A stretch of DNA of 64,000 nt, taken from contig NC_042997.1 of assembly GCF_006345805.1 (NCBI RefSeq), positions 22,506,001 through 22,570,000 of the forward strand. Reading direction: 5' to 3'. The notes under the pieces are model-generated. The model did not search any database and was not told the origin of the DNA. It saw nothing but the letters and a program-made list of their open reading frames with translations. This document shows positions 48,769 to 61,378 of the stretch, in pieces. The DNA comes from Octopus sinensis. Taxonomy: Eukaryota. The number at the start of each line of letters is the position of its first letter. The stretch's first letter is position 1. The position numbers and the translations under genes are program-made.

Positions 48769-51700
48769 TTTTTTTTCTTCTTTCAAATTTGCTTCCATTT
48801 CTTGCCGAGTGTCTTCCCGACTCCTAGGGCAAAGAAACTCATAGTATACATTGGTAGGCCATTAAACCAAACTCAGTAGTTCGTTCATTTTTTTTAATTT
48901 TTTTTTTTTAAGTTAAATTAAAATACATGAGCAGCAACAGTTCTCACATCGACAATGCTCTTCTCAATACGTGTGATGTACCAGTTAAGACAATCTTTTG
49001 CACTTCCTGCAGGGATGGTAAGCCAGGGATCATTCTCATATAATTTTCGGTTCCCTTCTTGATCATTCCTAGTGCTCCTACGATCACTGGTATTGTAACC
49101 ACCTTGAGATGCCACATTTTCTCAATTTCAATGAGTAGGTCTTTATATTTTCTGAGCTTGTCAAACTCTTTCGCTGAGATATTATGATCACAGGGGATGC
49201 TCATGTCGATCAATAAGCAAACTTTATTGTTTTGGTCTTTCACAACAATATCTGGTTTATTGGCTTTGATGGTTCGGTCTGTATGTACTGGAAAGTCCCA
49301 CAGAATGGTTACATTTTCTCCTTCAGTTACAGCCTCAGGGTGGTGATTATACCACTTGTCGGCAGTTTTGATATTGTAATGCCGACTTATTAGCCAGTGG
49401 AGATATTGGCCAACTCTGTCATGTCTTAATTTATACTCCACTGGTGCTAAGACTTTACATCCAGAGATTAGGTGGTCCACTGTTTCAATCATGTCGTTGC
49501 AGAATCGGCATTTGGGTCTGCTCCATTTTTCATCACATTGGCCTGGTAGTTCCGGGTTAATAGGCTTTGATCTTGAGCAGCCAGGATGAAACCTTCGCTC
49601 TCTGCTTTTAGCCCTGAGCTCCGTAGCCACTGATGGGTTTGCTTTTGGTCAACATCAGCTTGTTTGCTGCGAGTCACATATTTGCCGTGCAGAGGTTTCT
49701 CCTCCCACCTATCAGCCAATTGCTCGTGCGCTTTTTTCATTGCCATCATTTTCACCTTCTTTGCAACAATAGTTGCCGTACTTCCCTCGGGTTGTTCAGT
49801 TTGGGTATCCTGCACGATATCAATAGCAAATTTTTTGCTTTCCTTTATGATAGAATGAAGCTTCTTTCGTCTCTCGTGATTTTCCACGAGCTTTAGCATC
49901 CAGTCATTCGATATTTTGAGATATTTGGCCAGTCCAATTATGGTTGTTTTGTAAGCTAGTTCAAATTGGATCAGGCCTCGACCTCCTTGGGCTCTGGGAA
50001 GGTAAAGGCGATCTACGTCTGCCTTTGGGTGGTGCATCCTATTACAACTCAGCAGCTTGCGTATTTTTCTATCTATATTCTTTACTTCACTCATATTCCA
50101 GTTCAACACATTGTAGCTATAAGTAACAACTGGAACTGCTAAGGAATTTATAGCTAACACCTTGTTACGTGCATTTAGTTCAGATTTCAGGACTGCACGA
50201 ACTCTCCTATAACATTCCTTCCTGATTTTCTCTTTCATGCTTGCATACCAGAGCCTTCATTTATCCCTAAATATTTGTATGTTTGTTCTTGCTCAAGCTC
50301 TCTTATGACTGTGTCAACATCTAACACGACTGAATTTGTGGTCTTCACTTTCCCTTTCTGGAAAGTGGCCTTGGCACACTTCTCAAGTCCAAACTCCATC
50401 CCGATGTCATCGCTAAATGCTTTCACGGTGCGCAATAGGCCTTCAAGTTCATTATTGTCTTTACCATAAAGTTTTAAGTCATCCATATAAAATAGATGGC
50501 TTATTTTTTTATTGGCAATTTTATACCCATACCCTGTTCTGTTTAATTCACTTGTAAGGGGTATTAGGGCTATGCGGAATATTAAAGGTGAAAGTGAGTC
50601 ACCTTGAAAAATTCCACAGTTGATGTTTATATTTTCTGAGGCAAGTACTCCATTAGAGTGGTATAATTGGAGATTCGTATTCCACAACGACATATTGTGC
50701 TTCAGGAAGTTTGAAATCACAGGGGAAATTTTGAAGATGTCCAGCGATCTCAAGATCCATGGATGCGGTATACTGTCGAAGGCCTTTTTGTAGTCAATCC
50801 ATGCGGTGCTGAGATTTCTGCGCTTGTTGTGACAGTTCTCAAGGATCATACGATTGATTAGCAGTTGATCTTTGCATCCATAAGAGCCTCGGCGGCACCC
50901 TTTTTGTTCAATGGGAAAAATATCGTTCTTCTCCATGAATGCATATGTTTTCTCTGCCAGGATAGATGTTAGGATTTTATACGTGGTGGATAGACAGGTT
51001 ATAGGCCGATAGTTTTTTGGAAGGTTGGTTTCGTTATTCTTTGGGAGTAGGTAAGTAATGCCACTTGCTAACCATTCAGGTGTTTTCTTTGGGTCTCTCA
51101 TAATTCCATTGAGCAGCTGAACTAGCTTACCATGTGCGCATGGGAGCGATGCGAGCCAGAAATTCGGCACCCTATCTTTACCGGGGGATTTCCAATTATG
51201 GGCCTTCGTGAGTGCCTTTCTTAGGTCTGCTATTGTGATGTCTTCCCATGCTTGTTGTTGTAAATTTTGGTAGGATCCTTCAGTTTGTATAATCCAGTCT
51301 GCATTTATGTTGTACGTCTTCTTGTCACTCCAAATCCTTTTCCAAAAGTTTTGAACTTCTTCCATGGGAGGGGGGTCTTTAACGGTTACTTTCTCCTTCC
51401 CTATTTCTCTGTAGAATTTTTTGGCATTGGATGTGAACAGCTTATTTTGCTTGTAAAACTTGTTTCTCTTCTCAAATCTTCGTATTCTTTGGGCTTTTGC
51501 TTGGACTTTTTGTTTCAGCGTTTCTTTTATTGATATCAGTTCTTCTCTTGGTGAGGATCCAAATTTTCTCTTCATCTTTCTTCCTGTTCTGGATCTTACA
51601 TCATTTCCACATATTAGTTCATTTAATATTGATATTTCTCCTCTCATAAATTCTCTTTTTCAATTTTACTTCTCCAGGTTTGATTTCTTCCCAGGTTTTG

Positions 51701-52731
51701 TTTTCTTTGTTTTTTCGGGGGCATACAGCTGGTTTCAATTGCCCTAGCAGAAGCGTAAATAATTTCATTTAACTCAGTAAAATCAGGTTTTAATTCTCGT
51801 ATTATTTCATTTGTTACATAGTTGCCAATTTGGATTTGTTTTTTATTTTGGTTTGTATTTGAGAGTTTATGAAGTGGTTCTCTATCATTCATACTTGTAT
51901 GTCTTACAACTTCAAGCGTATTCAGGATTTTCTGCCTCATTTCTGCCATAGACTCTCTGTGTTCTTCAGCAAATGCGAGATCTTCAGTTACTGTTGTTTT
52001 TTTGTTTTCCTGGCTATCTTTAACAGGTACAATAGAATTTCTTGTATCTTCAGGCCTTTGCGTACTTTGGTCAGATGGCAGTCTTTCAATTAAGCCTCGT
52101 GGCGGGCTATACTGTTCATCTGATTCTTCATTTCCTTTGTGTCTTATATTTATGTCATTTTCCGTTGCGTGCTTGATCGCGCTTATTTCACTGTCTGTGA
52201 GTCTGTTATTTCTAAGGATATCCCTCCTCACATTTGCTAATTTGTTCTCGTCCAAATAGGGCCTACTGTCTTGATTCCGTGTTCTCCATATACTGTAAGA
52301 GTTTGCGGTGTGTCTCTCTTGAGATGGCCTACCTAATGCATAGTAATAAGCGTATATTACTTCTTTATACTCTTCTCGGGTCCATTTGTTCCGCTTACAT
52401 TTTTCTTTCTGTGGTGGTTGTGGTGGTGAACTTGGAGGGCTCGAGTTGGGGGATTTCCCGTTCAAGTGACCATCCATGTCCGTATTCGGAGAAGAGTTTG
52501 TGCCAGTTGATGACTTTTCGATCTCAGGCTGGCTCTTCCCTGGGGGACGCGCTTCCAGATTAACCATAGGACAAGCGATTTGGTATACTGATTTAGTTTT
52601 CCTTTTAGTTTCCAAAAACATTTTGGTGCTACGATAATGTTATCATTTTTTAGCTTTGATTGGCTCGTGGAGAGACGGCCATCATTGCCGTTACAATTAT
52701 AATCGTACCATTATAGCAGCCGTAGTCGGCT
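48769..52731 (-). mobile_element. Near full-length R4/Dong-clade retrotransposon with three frameshifts
   Basis: ORFs 51644-52621, 50235-51647, 49489-50238 and 48944-49630 carry NWKSPGKDRVPNFW, GIFQGDSLSP, HLFYMDDLKLYG, CRFCNDMIETVDHLISGC and ANKPDIVV..LIDMSIP. TTA tracts flank both ends. Confidence 0.95.
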
Positions 52732-53075
52732 TATTATTGTTATTATCATCACCATTACCATCACTATCATCATTATCACCACCATTACCATCATCATTAT
52801 CATCATCACCATCACCATCACCACCATCATCATCAATGATATTGTTTTATGTGTAGTCACAGCAGTATCTTATCATTATCACCATCACAGTAGTGTCTGT
52901 CTGTCTCTTTGGCTGGCTTGGTGGTTGGCTGGCTGACTGTCTTCAACACCAGAGTTCTTGCCTGTCAAATAATACTTTCTTTGTGTTGGTTGAACTCTTT
53001 GAGTGTGTGTGTGTAGATAGATAGATAGATTATCAGCACTATTACTATCATTATTATCATCATCACCATCAGTGA

Positions 53076-54240
53076 TATTTTTTTTTTTTTTTTTTTTAGG
53101 TGGGGTCCTATCGGTCAAAAAAAGTTCAGATGTTTACTACTATTAGGCTTAAGAAAAATTAAGGAAGGGCTGTTCTGTATTGTTTGTGAATAGAGAAGTT
53201 GTGTTCGACCAGAGAGAATCTTAGCATCATCATTTTTTTTTTTTTTTTTTTACCATGTGCGTTTGTGTTATTGCAATAAAAAGTGTTTGTATATTTCCTG
53301 TAAGGTAATATTGTGGAGGTTGAAGTTGACTTTTCTAGGGATGTTTGTATGTCCAGTTAGAAGAACAGGTGTGTTTTTACAATAAAAAGTATATGTTTAC
53401 ATTTATATTTGAATATTCAGGGAGGAAGCAAAGAAAAGTCAGATTTTCATAGAAAGTTTTAGGGTTTTGTAAGTCCACAAAAAGAAAAGCGTGATGTTTT
53501 TAGAGAGAAGAAAAAAAAAAAAAAAGGATGTTTACAGAGGCAATTGTGGATATCAAAGTTTTTTAAAGCTGGTCGAATGTATGATTGAAAACTGTAGACA
53601 TGTAAATTTGTAAATTTTCTTAACTTATTTTGAAGGGCTGTTCTGTATTATTTGTGAATAGAGAAGCTGTGTTCGACCAGAGAGAATCTTAGCATCATCA
53701 TTTTTTCCATGTGCGTTTGTGTTATTGCAATAAAAAGTGTTTGTATATTTCGTGCAAGGTAATATTGTGGAGGTTGAAGTTGACCCCTCTAGAGATGTTT
53801 GTATGTCCAGTTAGAATAACAGGTGTGTTTTTGCAATAAAGGGTATATGTTTACATTTATATTTGAATATTCTGGGAGGAAGCAAAGAAAAGTCAGATTT
53901 TCATAGAAAGTTTTAGGGTTTTGTAAGTCCACAAAAAGAAAAGCGTGATGTTTTTAGAGAGAAGAAAAAAAAACGGGGTGCTTACAGAGGCAGTTGTGGG
54001 TATTAAAGTTTTTAAAGCCGATCGGATGTATGTTTGAAAGCTGCAGAAATGTAAATTTGTAAATTTCTTAACCCACTTTGAAGAGAATTTCAAATACTCA
54101 CGAGGTATTGTAGATGTTCCAGTCTTTGAGAGTTATTTTTCTCCGTTGCTAAACTGGCCCATATTAGTGTTTCTATGGCTTTCAGCCACCGAACTGTCAG
54201 AACAGTGAGGAATACGTCCAGCCGCTGTCAAGGCTGGCGC
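53076..54240 (-). mobile_element. 5'-truncated L1/Tx1-like 3' end with poly(A) and a tandemly duplicated 3'UTR
   Basis: Poly(T) at 53076-53097 on the plus strand. Units of about 468 bp start at 53164 and 53632. Minus-strand GRIPH.SDSSV and KFSSKWV resemble the C-terminus of the 29.5-kb Tx1 ORF2. Confidence 0.55.
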
Positions 54241-54241
54241 T

Positions 54242-54272
<31 letters not shown>

Positions 54273-54331
54273 TTATTATTATTATTATTATTATTATTTT
54301 ATTATTATTATTATTATTATTATCATTATTA

Positions 54332-54381
<50 letters not shown>

Positions 54382-54382
<1 letters not shown>

Positions 54383-54529
54383 TTCAGGTCACTGCTTGGA
54401 ATCGAAATCGGAATCTTGCAGTTAGTAGCCAGCACTCTTAACAACTATGCCATATGCCCATGGGCATATGGCAATTCTGAGTTTGACTCCAAGTTTGATT
54501 CCGAGTTCGATTCCAAGCAGTGACCTGAA
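54382..54529. repeat. Head-to-head short tRNA-SINE palindrome at the centre of an inverted duplication
   Basis: Perfect 26-bp palindrome tgccatatgccca|tgggcatatggca at 54448-54473. Arms caggtcactgcttggaatcga / tcgattccaagcagtgacctg continue into (TTA)n and (TAA)n. Confidence 0.88.
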
Positions 54530-54537
54530 TAATAATA

Positions 54538-54584
<47 letters not shown>

Positions 54585-54755
54585 TAATAATAATAATAAT
54601 AATAATAACAACATTGAAAAATACCTTAGGAATACCAATTCATAGCACATATGAGGGTGTAGTGACTTATTTAGAATGTATATACATATGAGGGTGTAGT
54701 GACTTATTTAGAATGTATATACACAAATCACTGAGCATATAGAAATTATATAAAT

Positions 54756-55172
54756 CATCATCATCATCATCATCATCCTCGTTTAACGTCCGTTTTCCGC
54801 GCTAGCACATGTTGGACGGCTTGACCGGGTTCTGGGAAGCCAGGGGCTACACCAGGCTCCAGTCTGATCTGGCAGTGTTTCTACAGCTGGATGCCCTTCC
54901 TAACGCCAACCACTCCACGAGTGTAGTGGGTGCTTTTTACGTGCCAGGGGAGTCTGGCATCGGCCACGATCGGTTGGTGCTTTTAACGTGCCACCGGCAC
55001 GGAAGCCAGCCAAGGCGGCGTTGGCATCGGCCACGTTCGGATGGTGCTTTTTATGTGCCACCGGCACAGAAGCCAGTCGAGGCGATGCTGGCATAGGCCA
55101 CGTTCGGATGGTGCTTTTTATGTGCCACCAGCACAGAAGCCAGTCGAGGCGGCGCTGGCAACGGCCATGTTG
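54756..55172 (-). mobile_element. RTE 3'-tail-derived short element inserted in the duplicated segment
   Basis: (GAT)n tail, gatgcccttcctaacgcc motif and ~60-bp units. Absent from the 46.5-kb copy. Confidence 0.8.
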
Positions 55173-55199
55173 AAATAATAACTTATATATCAGAAATTA

Positions 55200-55605
55200 C
55201 ATATAAGTCATAAATTAAATGATGGTACAGGTGTCTGAGACTATATTCATATTGTAGACTTAGCCAGTGGTTATATGTCAGCTGTAGAGAAGCTGAAAGA
55301 AAATCGCAGACTTAAAGTCTTAGTACAAGCTATGGATATTATGTATTGCAAATGATGAAAGCATTCCAGGAGACCAGTGGCAAAGAGGTGACCTACAAGA
55401 TGGTGGAATGTCAATGAGGTACCCTACAAGATGGTGGAATGATACAGCTTCTTGTTATGCTGATGCCTCATTGGCTGCCAAAGAATTCAAATGGAAAGCT
55501 GTGAGAGACTCAAAAGAAATGTGTGCTAACTTATGATTGTGGTAATCAATGAATCCAAACAGGTATGAGAGTACAGAAAAGAAACATAGACTGCAGTCAT
55601 CCTGA
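55200..55605 (+). pseudogene. GALE: Processed GALE pseudogene fragment (copy 2, inverted duplicate of copy 1)
   Basis: aat gat ggt aca ggt gtc tga gac tat att cat att gta gac tta gcc (NDGTGV*DYIHIVDLA). About five substitutions from copy 1, with all lesions shared. Confidence 0.88.
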
Positions 55606-55618
55606 CCCGAAGTAACCG

Positions 55619-56135
55619 TTTTCCATGCTAGCATGGGTTGGACGGTTCAACTGGGATCTGGGAAGCCAGAAGGCTGCACCAGGCCCAGTCTGATCTGGCA
55701 GTGTTTCTACAGCTGGATGCCCTTCCTAACGCCAACCACTCCGTGAGTGTAGTGGGTGCTTTTTACGTGCCACCAGCACGGGGGCCAGACGAGGCTGGCA
55801 ATGGCCACATTCAGATGGTGCATTTTACGTGCCACTGTCGCGGAGGCCAGTCAGGGCGGCGCTGGCAACAGCCACGTTCGGATGGTTCTCTTACATGCCA
55901 CCGGCACTGGTATCACAGCTACAATTTTCATTGATGTTGATCGATTTCGATTTTGATTTTGATTTTCACTTGCCTCAACAGGTCTTCACAAGTAGGGTTT
56001 GTGTCACAAGAAGGAAAGGTATGCATAAGTGGGCTGGCTACATCCCAGGTAGAGGCCACGGGTTATGGTCTCACTTGTCCTGCCGGGTCTTCCCACGCAC
56101 AGCATACTTCCAAAGGTCTCAGTCTCTGGTCATTT
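55619..56135 (-). mobile_element. RTE 3'UTR fragment
   Basis: Nearly identical to 42710-43290. Confidence 0.85.
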
Positions 56136-56879
56136 CTGGTTTTTTACATGAATCACTAACCCATTATTGCCCTACTTTTCTTCAATGCCCCTTGGAACTT
56201 TTCACCACCTCCAGTGAGGGGTGTGTGCAATACCATCCCCACTTTGAGAACCACTGATGTAGACAATACAGACTGGATTGATGTGTAGTCTTTAAAGACA
56301 AAAATTAATGGATGTTTCAGTCTTATTAGCCCTCTTCAGTGAAGCATATTCTGCTCAATTGGCAGTACTTATACACACACACACACACATACAAAAATAC
56401 ACACGCATGCACACATGCACACACACACACACATATCATCATCATCATTCCACATCCGTTTTCCGGTGGTGATGATGATGATGATATATGCATATATATA
56501 TATATATATAAAAAAGACCGATAAAATAAGTACTAGGCTTAAAAAATAAGTACTGGGGCTGATTGATCCGGCTATAAAAAAATCAAGGTGGTGCCCCAGC
56601 ATGGCTGTAATCTAATGACTGAAGCTACTAGAAGATAAAAGATATATACACATGGACTGTAGTATGTAGTAGCACTGTAGTGAGACTTAAATCAACATCC
56701 TGCTGTTCCCTTTGCTTTAATCTGCAGCCGAATGGTTGTTTTGTTAAACTGGGCAACAGATTAGATTAACTCTGCTCTCCAACAGTAGAAATGGTTCTTA
56801 TGGTGGCCTTCCATAAAGTTTCTGTCTCCCAAATTTCACTCACAAAGCTTTGATCAATTAAGAGTTCAATCTTAAATGC

Positions 56880-56995
56880 TTATGAACCACATGGTTCCGG
56901 GTTCAGTCCCACTGCATGGCACCTTGGTTAAGTGTCTTCTACTATAGCCTCAGGCCGTGGATTTGGTAGACGGAAACTGAAAGAAGCCCGTCATA

Positions 56996-57044
<49 letters not shown>

Positions 57045-57260
57045 ATGTTTGTCTGTGTTTATACCCCCAACATTACTTGACAACTGATGCTGGTGTGTTT
57101 ATGTCCCCGTAACTTAGTGGTTCGGCAAAAAAGAGACCGATAGAATAAGTACTAGGTTTCAAAGAATAAGTCCTGGGCTAAATTTTCTCGACTAAAGGCG
57201 GTGTTCCAGCATGCCCACAGTCACATGACTGAAACAAGTAAAAGAATAAAAGAGTTTATG
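56880..57260 (+). mobile_element. tRNA-derived SINE with an internal (TA)n
   Basis: B-box-like ggttcagtccc, core gcaccttgg..aagtgtcttctactatagc, gacggaaactgaaagaagcccgtc and 3' end gactgaaacaagtaaaagaataaaag. Confidence 0.8.
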
Positions 57261-57576
57261 GAGACATAAACTAGTACCAGTTGTCAAGTGGAGGGTTGGA
57301 CAAGCACAAATGCAAACACACACACACACACATATGCGCACACACACACACACACCTACGCACGCACACACACACACGCACACACACACATGATGAGCTT
57401 CCACATAGTTTCCATTTTTCAAATTCACTTGTAGACCATTGGTTTGCTTAGGGCTATACACTTATCAAATATTCCACACAATAGGACTGAATCCAAAATC
57501 ATGTGCTTACAAAACAACCTTCTTATCCACACAGCTATGTCTATGCCTATCTATGCTGTTATTAATATTATATGCC

Positions 57577-57965
57577 ATCCGATGGTGGTGAGCTGACAGA
57601 ACCATTAGTACATTGGACAAAATGCTTAGCGGCATTTCGTCTCATCCTTTCAGAGTTGATAAAATAAGTACCAGTTTAACATTGGGGTTGGTGTAATTGA
57701 CTTACCCCTGCCCCAAAATTACTGGCCTTGTGCCAAACTTTGAAATCAATATTATATGTCATCTTAAGGCAGCAAACTGGCAGAATCATCTCTACATCAG
57801 GCAAAATGCTTAGCAGCATTTCATCCATCTTCACATTCTGAATTCAAATTCCATCAAGTTCCACTTTACCTTTCATCCTTTTTGGGGTCGATAAAATAAG
57901 TACCAGTTGACTTACCCATCCCCTAAAATTGCTGGCCATGCACCAAAATATGAAACCAACATTAC
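57577..57965 (+). mobile_element. Two tandem SINE copies (same family as 5611)
   Basis: Both carry gagctg.cagaa..ttag heads and catcctt..g.gt.gataaaataagtaccagtt cores. Confidence 0.7.
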
Positions 57966-58527
57966 ATGTCATCTTTACCCTATTTGAGAATTTTTCACCA
58001 AATGCCAATGTGAGAGTTTCTCTCGTGATATCTACCACAGTATAGCTTGTTCTAACAGAACACCCATTTTTAAGCAGGGATAAATATTACCTCTTTTTTT
58101 CTTTTTTCCTTGTAGGGCTTTAGTGTTCTCTTATAATTTCATTTAAATCTGAAATGTATTAAAGGAACAGAAATCAATCACAGTACTTGTTTAGTATATA
58201 ATTCTATTGATCCCAGAAGAATGAAGGGCAAAGCTGACCTCAGCAGAATTCAAACTCCAATTTGTGGCTTTGTTCCAAAGTTAAAAATCAATGTTATATT
58301 AATGGTATTAATAAAATATTGTATCTTACCATGGTAGGATGCTCTACAGAGTTTGATTCATTGTTTCCATGTAACTTCTATTAAGAACAGGTTAATTTAT
58401 CCTTGGTACTAATATTTTTCTTTCCAAGGCTTTTTCTATATTCAGATCTTACTTATTAACTTATGAACCAAGGTTCCAGTATAAAATTCCTATTTGGACC
58501 ATTAATTTCTTAGAACTATATATGGAT

Positions 58528-58572
<45 letters not shown>

Positions 58573-59111
58573 TATGTATGTTTATAGCATATGCATGAAA
58601 GTGTATTTGTGTATGTAAATGTGTGCATGTAAATGAATGTGTGTATATGTGTGTGTATACATATGTATGTTTATAGTGTATGCATGAATGTGTATTTGTG
58701 TATGTAAATGAGTGTGTGTGTGTAAATGAGTATGTTTATATGTGTGTGATTATGAAAATGTGGTTAGGGTGTTGTGCTCATGATTACAAGATTGTAGTTT
58801 CAATTCCCAGATCTGGAAGTGCATTGTGTTCTTGAGCAAAACACTTTAATTTCACATTGCTCCAATTGATTCAGCTGTAAGTGAGTAGCCCTATAATGGA
58901 GAAGCATTCTGTTCAAGGGTCATATTCTGATCTTGGTCATTTGAATATCATGAAAACTATCCTAGAACTTGAGACGGTACTTACTTTATATACATACATA
59001 CATACATATATGGGTATATATATATACATAGATATATATATATATATATGATGATATATATACATACACACACGCATGCACACACACACACACACCACAC
59101 ACACACATGTT

Positions 59112-60285
59112 AGAAGTAAATAGACACCCCATAAAACATTGTTTTATGTTTATTCTAACTTGTAATGGTTTATATTCTTTATTAATTAACATTTTTATGT
59201 CTCAGGTTCTATATGTGACTATTTAATCATGCCATGTACAAAAGAAACCTTGGAACTGTCTGAATTTCAGAGAGGCCATATTGTGGGGCAATCTGAAGGT
59301 GGACATAGCATAAAATCACAGAAAACCTTGGGATCCCACTTTCTACAGTTAACAGAGTGATTGTGCAATTCACCAGAGAGGGGAAGGAGTCCACATCACC
59401 TCACCCACATTGACTAGGGTTCTCTGACAGGACCCTTCTCTTTGTTAAGATAATCTTCATTGCAAGGCCTCTGACAAAGCTGAACATATTGATGTCAGTC
59501 CCAGAACAGCTGTCAGATATCTCCACAAACTTGGCTACTATGGAAGAGCAGCAAGGAGACCACTTCTTTGACCAGTCAATATCAAACAGAGAAAATATTG
59601 GATCAGTGAGATGGTGAAGAGGCCACTAGCATTTTGGGACACTATCATATTCTCCAATGAATCCAGATTTGCTGTATTTTCTGACAGTGGTGGAGACTCT
59701 GTGATCAAGAATTTGACATGAAAAGGTTGCAGCCAACAATGAAACCTGGCAGCTATTCTCTGATGGTCTGGGGAGAAATTTGGAGCAATGGTCAATCAGA
59801 GCTGGTGGAGTGTGAAAGAAACATAAACTCAGATAAATATATGTCCATATTGCAGAAAGGACTCCTTCCAATCTTCTTCAGTGGTGAAATGATTAAAGAA
59901 ATCTCTTTATTTATGGAAGAAGGGGCTCCTTGTCACCCAAGATTTGTTGGATGAGAATGGCATTAAAAAGCTTGCATGGCTAAGCCAGTCGCCAGATATG
60001 AACCCTATTGAACACCTCTGGAGCATAATGGACAGGACACTTCAGAAAAAGAACATGAAAGCATCTTCAAAAGCAGATCTTTTGAGATTACTACATGAAA
60101 TTTGGCAAGAGATTCCATCATCTGATCATTAACATGCCTAATAGGGTCCTTGCATTGAAAAATGCAAGGGGCATGTCTATTAAATAGTAAGTATTCACAT
60201 TATAACAATTAATAAATAATTTGAATGTATAATATCAGATTTAAATAAATTTTAATGATTATAAGGGTGTCTGTTCATTGACATA
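59112..60285 (+). mobile_element. Decayed Tc1/mariner DNA transposon
   Basis: [22 protein letters not shown] (HTH), FSNESRF, MEEGAPCH, SPDMNPIEHLW (damaged DD34E). Imperfect TIRs aaatagacacccc / gggtgtctgttc. Confidence 0.85.
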
Positions 60286-60299
60286 TTGTTATCATCATC

Positions 60300-60990
60300 A
60301 TCATCATCATCAATTAGCGTCCGCTTTCCATGCTAGTATGGGTTGGACGGTTCAACTGGGGTCTGTGAAGCTGGAAGGCTTCGTCAGGCCCAGTCAGATC
60401 TGGCAGTGTTTCTACGGCTGGATGCCCTTCTTAACGCCAACCACTCCGTGAGTGTAGTGGGTGCTTTTTACGTGCCACCCGCACAGGTGCCAGACAGGGC
60501 TGGCAAACGGCCATGAACGGATGGTGCTTTTACGTGTCACCGGCACGGGGCCAGGCGAGGCTGGCAATGGACATGAACGGATGGTGCTTTTATGTGCCAC
60601 CGACATGAGGATCAGACAGAGCTGGCAAACGGCCACGAACGGATGGTGCTTTTACGTGTCACCGGCACGGGGGCCAGGCGAGGCTGGCAACGGACATGAA
60701 CGGATGGTGCTTTTACGTGCCACCGACACGGGGCCAGACAGAGCTGGCAAACGGCCACGAACGGATGGTGCTTTTACGTGTCACCGGCACGGGGGCCAGG
60801 CGAGGCTGGCAACGGACATGAACGGATGGTGCTTTTACATGCCACCGACACGGGGGCCAGACAGAGCTGGCAAACGGCCACGAACAGATGGTGCTTTTAC
60901 GTGTCACCGGCACGGGGGCCAGGCGAGGCTGGCAGCGGACACGAATGGATGGTTCGCTTAACCACAGCTGCAGTTCCCACTGATGTTGAT
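60300..60990 (-). mobile_element. RTE 3' tail with an expanded ~60-bp minisatellite
   Basis: About eight units of ggtgctttta.gtg.cacc..cac...gctggca..gg.ca.gaacggat at 60460-60950. Confidence 0.85.
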
Positions 60991-61121
60991 CGACCCGAAA
61001 GGGAAGAACACTGTGAGTTATGGAGAAAATAGGATCTAATGAGATATGTGTAAAGCTAAGTGCTTTGAGGAGATAAAACTCTAGATAACCCTATGAACTA
61101 GCCCTAACTAATATTCTCTAA

Positions 61122-61172
<51 letters not shown>

Positions 61173-61331
61173 GCCATAATAGATTGCTAGCCACAATACA
61201 TTCTTTGTATTCTCTCCTTGTTTCTTTCTGTGGAAAAGCATAGGCTCAAAACTTTAAAGACTTTTTCACTTCCCGACATCTGTTTGTTGTCTATACCACC
61301 TGTCTTCGTCTTTTGTTTTTTTGTTAATTCT

Positions 61332-61378
<47 letters not shown>

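Noticed and set aside
52620-52731. Search for HDV-like ribozymes at R4 5' ends (also 26680-26787) and at 54150-54240
   Set aside because: Only partial P1/P3-like pairings were found, and no consistent P1-P2-P3-P1.1 double pseudoknot could be built by eye.
56285-56345. Minus-strand CUGAAGA-gggct-aata-agact-GAAAC hammerhead-like motif
   Set aside because: Stem II is mismatched and stem I cannot form. At best a dead remnant.
60440-60960. CRISPR-like appearance of the regular ~60-bp repeats
   Set aside because: There are no unique spacers, the context is eukaryotic and no cas genes are present. It is a tandem minisatellite in an RTE tail.
61225-61265. ctgtggaaaagcataggctcaaaac, resembling a degenerate hammerhead
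   Set aside because: The CUGANGA and GAAA cores are both mutated.
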